A stretch of DNA of 64,000 nt from Candidatus Gottesmanbacteria bacterium GW2011_GWA2_43_14 (lineage in GTDB: Bacteria; Patescibacteriota; Microgenomatia; 2-02-FULL-39-11), in contig LCFP01000006.1 in the NCBI GenBank assembly GCA_000999095.1, positions 1,823-65,822 on the forward strand. The letters run 5' to 3'. Positions 58,801 to 64,000 of this stretch are shown here, piece by piece. A program made the position numbers and the translations under genes. The notes beneath the pieces were generated by a model that was not told where the DNA came from, did not search any database, and was given only the letters and a program-made list of their open reading frames with translations. Position 1 is the stretch's first letter, and each line of letters opens with the position of its first letter.

Positions 58801-58807
58801 TTCGCAA

Positions 58808-60076
58808 CTATTTTGCATAGTTACTCAGCCAGATGACATAGTCCAGGCCGTCAACCTTGCCGCTGGAATTGAAATCTCCGGAAGATGAGCCGTTGGAAAC
58901 TGTTTTGTTATAGTTGTTTAACCAGACAACATAATCCAGTCCGTCGACTTTATTGTCTTTGTTGGCATCGCCGGGTTTGCCGGTAACAGAAGGTGTATTA
59001 GCCGGAGTAAGGGTAGGCGAATTGGAGACTGATGCGGCAATCGGTTCAAAAAAGCCTTTAAGCTGGCTGTAGCCATCGGTACCGGGAAAGCTCTGACCGG
59101 TACGGGTGACGACAATATCCGAACTGGGTATAACCAGTATATGGCTGTTGTAAAGGCCCCATGTCCAATAAGCGTCATTTGGAATATCCAATGTTCCGTC
59201 GGCATTATTCCACCAGAGAAGACCATAGTGACTGCTGGTAGACGCAGCATATAGTTCCGGCCGGAAGACGGGGACTCCGCCGGCCTGGTTAACCCTGACC
59301 TGGTCAATATAACTTTTGGGTAAAATTTCCGTATTTTTCCAGATGCCGTTGCGAAGGTAGAGGTAACCCAGCCTGGCCATGGCATTGACACTGGCGTTTA
59401 TGCCCGAGCCGAATTCCCGGTTGGGAATACCATCAATTGTCTGGTTGCGGTATATGTTGTTTCGCCAGCTGAGTTCCGAAGTATTGATGCCTATTGGCGT
59501 AAAAACCCTTTCAAACATCAGCTGATAGAGATCTTTTTTATAAATTAAAGTCATCACTTCCGCCAGCCAGTTGGGCCCTCCGTCGCTGTATGACCATTTG
59601 CTACCGGGGGCAAACAGCAGTTTTACGTATCCGCCCGGCTTGTCGAATCCGGCAGTCTGATTTGCCAAATGCAGGATAGTAATATCATCAAGCCAGCCTG
59701 TAGCCATATTTGTATCGGGAGGGATGCCGAAAGAAGGATGGTATTTCTGGGCTTTGTCCTGAAGGGTCAGTTTACCGTCTTTGACAGCCAGGCCGAGAGC
59801 GGTGGCTCCAAACGATTTGGTGGTTGATTTGAGGTCGTATTTTTGAGTCTGAGAACCCCAGGACATAACAACTTTGCCGTAACGGATAATCATGCCTGAA
59901 CCACCGCTTTGCAGGGCGTAGTTTTTTGCCTGCAGCAATTTATTTTGGTCCATACCGACAGAGGCAGGATCGGCAACAGGCCAGAGAGTATCAGGATAGA
60001 GCGGTTGGGCAGCAATTTGAAAGGGGAACAGCAAGGCTATCAGAAAAAATGAAAAGACAAAAAAGAGCAGATGCAT
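58808..60076 (-). CDS. Secreted serine hydrolase (beta-lactamase/class C-like family) with dockerin
   Basis: STTK (SxxK), PG..WSYSD, MARLG.LYL..G.W, YGLLWW. Confidence 0.85.
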   Translation of the reverse strand: MHLLFFVFSFFLIALLFPFQIAAQPLYPDTLWPVADPASVGMDQNKLLQAKNYALQSGGSGMIIRYGKVVMSWGSQTQKYDLKSTTKSFGATALGLAVKDGKLTLQDKAQKYHPSFGIPPDTNMATGWLDDITILHLANQTAGFDKPGGYVKLLFAPGSKWSYSDGGPNWLAEVMTLIYKKDLYQLMFERVFTPIGINTSELSWRNNIYRNQTIDGIPNREFGSGINASVNAMARLGYLYLRNGIWKNTEILPKSYIDQVRVNQAGGVPVFRPELYAASTSSHYGLLWWNNADGTLDIPNDAYWTWGLYNSHILVIPSSDIVVTRTGQSFPGTDGYSQLKGFFEPIAASVSNSPTLTPANTPSVTGKPGDANKDNKVDGLDYVVWLNNYNKTVSNGSSSGDFNSSGKVDGLDYVIWLSNYAK

Positions 60077-60080
60077 GATT

Positions 60081-61334
60081 TCACGAATTATAGTTATTCA
60101 ACCAGATAACATAGTCCAGACCGTCGACTTTGCTGTTTTTATCAAAATCTCCAACACTTGCTCCCGCAGTTACAGTTTTATTGTAGTTATTCAGCCAAAC
60201 CACATAATCCAGCCCGTCCACTTTGCCGTCTTTGTTGGCATCTCCCGGTTTCAGCGTCAGCGGCGGGGTAACGACAGTCGGAGCAACAGTGGATGTAATT
60301 GGAGGGTTACCGTCCGTTTGAAGCACGGCCTTTTTTACTTTTAAAGTATCGTTGCCCGCATAGATGACATAAATGGTTTTGCCGTTTCCGGAAATCCATT
60401 TGGACGGTATATGCTGGGATTCGCCCCACTGCAGGTTGGAAGTTGATGTTTGCAGTTCATAATAGACCAAGCTCCATGGTCCCCAGGGTTCAGGTGCATC
60501 AAAAATCGTAAACTGATTTTCTCCGCCTGCTTTTGCCCGGCTGCGGTTTGTCATGAGATACCTTTTCAGGGGAGCATTATAAGTGACGTCGATCCGGTTG
60601 ATGCCTTTGGGGTAATTGAGAACCGATTTGCGGCTGCCGATTGCGGCAGACCAGGCAGGGCTTGATATAGAACCGGAGAAAAATTCGTATGAGGCGCGGT
60701 CAGTAATTTTTTCCTTGGGGACTCTGGCCAGGACTACGTCGCTGGTTTCGTTATAGGCATTGGGGCCGTTGGAAAAAAAGGCATAAACGTAACCGTCTCT
60801 GGCGCCGGAGTAATTTTTACCGTAATTGAGGAATGCGCAATAACCCAACTCGGCAATTTTCCAGGATGACCAGGTCCAGGTTTTTGCATGGTCGGCGGAC
60901 CAGGCCAGCTGACATTGGTTACCGTTTTGATCGGCATTTCTCACCAGCATATAAATAACACCGTTGACCATCAGCATGCCTGAAGCTTTTTTACCGTTTG
61001 GACCGTCACCTGTTTGCTGACCGGTGGAAGATGAAATATTGGCTCCGCTTATAGTAGGGGGAATGCCGGAAATAACAGCCAAGCCCAGGCTTAGTTTAGT
61101 ACCGCTCCCAAAACCCGTGCCGTCTCCGTAAGAAGTATAAAGCTTATCATCGTCAGCCCAGGTATTCACCCAGATATCGCTGCCCTGGGCCAGAGAGATA
61201 ACAGGGGAAGCGTCGAAAGAAATGCTTTTGATAACGGGACTTTGGGGCAAGGAAGGGGCAGCGGCTCCGGCAGGACGCGTGTGGCCTATAAAAAGCAATA
61301 GGAGCAGAATCAATGTCAAGATTTTTTGCCTCAC
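60081..61334 (-). CDS. Secreted DUF4185-like beta-propeller with dockerin
   Basis: GSDIW.NTWADDD.LYTSYGDG.GF, FLNYGKNY, ARVPK, DAPEPWGPW, PSKWIS; paralog of 53375. Confidence 0.62.
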   Translation of the reverse strand: MRQKILTLILLLLLFIGHTRPAGAAAPSLPQSPVIKSISFDASPVISLAQGSDIWVNTWADDDKLYTSYGDGTGFGSGTKLSLGLAVISGIPPTISGANISSSTGQQTGDGPNGKKASGMLMVNGVIYMLVRNADQNGNQCQLAWSADHAKTWTWSSWKIAELGYCAFLNYGKNYSGARDGYVYAFFSNGPNAYNETSDVVLARVPKEKITDRASYEFFSGSISSPAWSAAIGSRKSVLNYPKGINRIDVTYNAPLKRYLMTNRSRAKAGGENQFTIFDAPEPWGPWSLVYYELQTSTSNLQWGESQHIPSKWISGNGKTIYVIYAGNDTLKVKKAVLQTDGNPPITSTVAPTVVTPPLTLKPGDANKDGKVDGLDYVVWLNNYNKTVTAGASVGDFDKNSKVDGLDYVIWLNNYNS

Positions 61335-61412
61335 AGATTAAATATATTCGAAAAACAAGTCAAGTTAAAGATACCGCTTGCTTTTTTATATGAAGGTATT
61401 TATAAATTAATT

Positions 61413-62384
61413 GTGGCCTCAAAAAAGAGCAGAAAAAACCCGGCGTATAAAGAACTTCAATTAATCGCCCTGACTTTTATTATCACAGGCCTGATCATTG
61501 CCACTTACCTTATCCAAAAACCCAAGGAAATCAGAGAATCTTCAGCCCAATCTACCGCCGCCAGCAAAGTCTATATCGGCTTAGGTACGGGAGAAGTAAA
61601 GGTTTATAACATTATTACTGGTAAATTGCCAAGCCTGGGAGACCAGGGGGAAACAATTTTCAGCATGATGAAATACGGTGGAAAACTTTTTTTCGGCTTT
61701 GCCAAGGGCAATGTCAAAGCCTATAACGGTACAAGTTGGACCACCTGGGCAAATGTGGGAGGAAATGCGGCAAACGTATACTCTATGGAAGTTTTTGGGA
61801 ATAATCTGTATATCGGCCAAGGTTTGGGTATCGACGGGCCAAGCGGGCAAATAATGAGATATAACGGCATTGCCTGGACAAAGTTGGGCAGCCGGGGATC
61901 GATGGTGACTTCCATGAAAGCCTACAACAGTAAACTTTACTATGCGGGAACTCCCGGATGCGTCAAGTCTTTTAAAGCCGGCGTGTGGAAAGATGAATTC
62001 TGTTTTCCCAACCAATCCAATTACTTTGTCAAAGATATGGAAGTCTTCGACAATAAACTATTTATTGGAATAAAAAATGTCATTTATTCACACGACGGAG
62101 TAGGAATTTTAATCCAGGGGACCCTACCGGCGGACATTGCCTCATTTAAAGTTTTCAAAAACAAGCTTTATGTTTCGATAAACAACGGTTATGTATACGT
62201 ATTCCAGAATGGTACCTGGGTGTCGGTAGGCGACCAGGGATATAAAGTTGCTGATATGGATACAAACGGTATCAAAATGTACTCTATTGACGGAATAGAC
62301 GGAATGTTGAAGAGTTATGACGGCGTAAAATGGGTCACACTGAAAGACGTGGGTCCCGGCTCTCAGGTATTAAAATTCTTCTAG
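61413..62384 (+). CDS. Membrane-anchored beta-propeller repeat protein (no dockerin)
   Basis: TM helix then repeated SM..(Y/F)...LY.G....V..Y.G..W blades; GTG at 61413 preferred. Confidence 0.7.
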   Translation: MASKKSRKNPAYKELQLIALTFIITGLIIATYLIQKPKEIRESSAQSTAASKVYIGLGTGEVKVYNIITGKLPSLGDQGETIFSMMKYGGKLFFGFAKGNVKAYNGTSWTTWANVGGNAANVYSMEVFGNNLYIGQGLGIDGPSGQIMRYNGIAWTKLGSRGSMVTSMKAYNSKLYYAGTPGCVKSFKAGVWKDEFCFPNQSNYFVKDMEVFDNKLFIGIKNVIYSHDGVGILIQGTLPADIASFKVFKNKLYVSINNGYVYVFQNGTWVSVGDQGYKVADMDTNGIKMYSIDGIDGMLKSYDGVKWVTLKDVGPGSQVLKFF

Positions 62385-62411
62385 ACTTTGGATATGGTCT
62401 CCGGTTTATAA

Positions 62412-63689
62412 CTACTTGTTGTAATTGTTCAGCCAGATCACATAGTCGAGCCCGTCGACTATGCCGTTTTTATTAAAATCCCCGCTACTTACTCCTGATG
62501 CCACTGTTTTGTTATAGTTTATCAGCCAGATGACGTAATCCAGCCCGTCGGCTTTACCATCGCCGTTGGCATCACCAGGTTTAGCCCCAAGTGTCGGAGT
62601 CGGGGAGAGGGTAACGGTGGGATCGGGCGGATTTGTAGGTCCGATTCCGGCTTTGATGCCTACGGCATAAAAAGTATATTTTACCGCTTCCGCGGGGGAA
62701 TTCGTCAGTTTTTGTCCGGTTTCGGAGGATGCATGATGGCCGACCAGAGACACATTGCCAAAGACGTCAATGACCGTTTGCCTCATATTCTGATACATTA
62801 CGGCAGGATTAATTCCGGTATAGCCTGTTTGTTCCTGGGGATGGCCGGGAACATAAAAAAGTATATCGGCATTGCCGTTAAGTTCAGTTTTGATTTGATT
62901 CAACAGATTCTTGGTGACTAAAACCGGATCGCCGCCGAACCCTTCGCCCACACCTCGAGAAGCAATATTAAAATCACCGGAAAGAAGGATAGCGTTAACC
63001 GTGCCGCCTTTGGCAATGCCATTGACAATTGAGGCGGCATAACCGTCAGCCGAGCCCATACCGATAACCTTGATATAGGAGGGCAGGGGATCTCCCCAAG
63101 CCTGTTTAACACCCGCCAGGATAGCCACATTGTTGTCCCAGTGGCCGGGGCCAGTCAGAAGCAGCAGGTTTTTCTTGTTTGGATTGGGAGTTAGTTTTAA
63201 AGCCATGGCTTTGGTGCCGGCTGTGATTTTCGCATCATCGCCGCCGTAACCGTACTGGGCTCCGTCATCAGCCTGAGTGATAGAGGTTATGGCACTACCA
63301 CCAATGGCTGTCAGCGACAGATGTTTGGATAGGGGCGGAGGGAAGAAATCAATGGACAAAGGCTGGTATTTGGCAGAGCCTGTGGCTGCCCCGAAGATTT
63401 GGGTATTTGCGCCGAAAACGCTTTTGACAGCTTCAACGGTTTTGGCCGGATAACCGGCATTGGTTAGCATGATAACTGCCCTGACAGGCTCCGAACCCAT
63501 TTTAGTTTTGAGGCTTTGGGCAATTACCAGAGAAGCGTTATAAACATCGCTTTCAGAGGGCGTGACAGTCGAATCACCGAAATAATTGCCGGCTGAAGCT
63601 GATTTGATATACGGCAGGCTTTGAGCCAAAACAGGACGCATGAAAAAAGGAGAAATCAAAAAGACGGCTAATAACAACTTCAGCCTCAT
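62412..63689 (-). CDS. Secreted FIST-like domain protein with dockerin
   Basis: Signal peptide MRLKLLL; EAVKSVFG...IFGAATG and VIGMGSAD resemble FIST N/C blocks; C-terminal double dockerin. Confidence 0.55.
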   Translation of the reverse strand: MRLKLLLAVFLISPFFMRPVLAQSLPYIKSASAGNYFGDSTVTPSESDVYNASLVIAQSLKTKMGSEPVRAVIMLTNAGYPAKTVEAVKSVFGANTQIFGAATGSAKYQPLSIDFFPPPLSKHLSLTAIGGSAITSITQADDGAQYGYGGDDAKITAGTKAMALKLTPNPNKKNLLLLTGPGHWDNNVAILAGVKQAWGDPLPSYIKVIGMGSADGYAASIVNGIAKGGTVNAILLSGDFNIASRGVGEGFGGDPVLVTKNLLNQIKTELNGNADILFYVPGHPQEQTGYTGINPAVMYQNMRQTVIDVFGNVSLVGHHASSETGQKLTNSPAEAVKYTFYAVGIKAGIGPTNPPDPTVTLSPTPTLGAKPGDANGDGKADGLDYVIWLINYNKTVASGVSSGDFNKNGIVDGLDYVIWLNNYNK

Positions 63690-63735
63690 GATTTCATCAT
63701 AGTAGGAATTACAAATAAAAGACAAGCAGCCAGTC

Positions 63736-63999
63736 TTATTGGATATTACCGGTTGGAGTTATTTTTGCAAAAACGATGTCAAAATTCTTATATTGATTGT
63801 CATTTTCCGCGTGAACATTGTCTCCTTCTTCCCAAACGGCATAAGCAAAATTTTCAGCTCCGGCCACCCTCATGAAGCCAAGCGGTTTTCCGGATAAGGA
63901 AGCCATGGATTTTTCGCTCCCAAATGAGCCGCTAGACGGTTTTATATTGTATTTGCCGCCCCAGCAGGAAATAAACAAATCGCCTGATTTGTCAGCTGA
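63736..63999 (-). CDS. C-terminal fragment of a gene running off the window edge
   Basis: Frame is open to the window end (SADKSGDLFISCW...AYAVWEE...DIVFAK); no dockerin at its C-terminus. Confidence 0.6.
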   Translation of the reverse strand, partial: SADKSGDLFISCWGGKYNIKPSSGSFGSEKSMASLSGKPLGFMRVAGAENFAYAVWEEGDNVHAENDNQYKNFDIVFAKITPTGNIQ

Positions 64000-64000
64000 A

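Larger units (their letters stand above)
43023..62577. repeat. Dispersed ~165-bp duplicated dockerin-like coding module, 13 full copies
   Basis: GDANGDGKVDGLDYV(I/V)WLN(N/H)YN-x(6-9)-GDF(D/N)xxGKVDGLDYVIWLNNY or close variants in ORFs 42267, 43678, 45349, 48283, 50324, 52186, 53375, 54746, 56080, 57413, 58808, 60081 and 62412. Confidence 0.93.

Noticed and set aside
43023-62577. Dockerin repeats as a CRISPR array or as DGR template/variable repeats
   Set aside because: The repeats are in-frame coding modules separated by whole genes. Differences are mostly synonymous and not obviously adenine-specific, and no cas or reverse transcriptase gene is in the window.
1-64000. Alternative genetic code (UGA recoding as in Gracilibacteria)
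   Set aside because: Conserved genes are full length in code 11 and several end properly at TGA.

Overview
A 64-kb bacterial window in genetic code 11. It most resembles a Patescibacteria/CPR (Microgenomates-like) genome; this is inferred from gene content (DUF5652, PEGA protein, sortases, archaeal-type CoaD-DUF359 fusion, promoters abutting start codons). Left to right: (1) an operon with argG-like and argH-like genes whose active sites diverge from consensus, a cyclase-family amidohydrolase and an arginyl-tRNA synthetase fused to an N-terminal B3/4 editing-like domain; (2) a 7-kb cluster of Cys/Pro-rich exported proteins built from a duplicated promoter-plus-two-gene module, with an M15 peptidase; (3) housekeeping and envelope genes (GT-C glycosyltransferases, MgtE, CorA, M16 peptidase, ndk, divergent PNP, Maf, tRNA-Pro, tRNA-Arg, two sortases, mreB, WecB/TagA, four GT4s, glgA, CoaD-DUF359, pgl); (4) from 42.3 kb to about 63.7 kb, a dense array of 13 exported proteins carrying a near-identical duplicated dockerin-like module, plus two membrane-anchored cohesin-like proteins. 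The array cargo includes a sulfatase, clan GH-A hydrolases, SGNH-like esterases, serine hydrolases, DUF4185-like and PQQ-type propellers, CBM96-like, CARDB and FIST-like domains, suggesting a cellulosome-like surface enzyme system. No CRISPR, rRNA, transposase or integrase was seen. All family calls are from motif recognition by eye; no searches were run.
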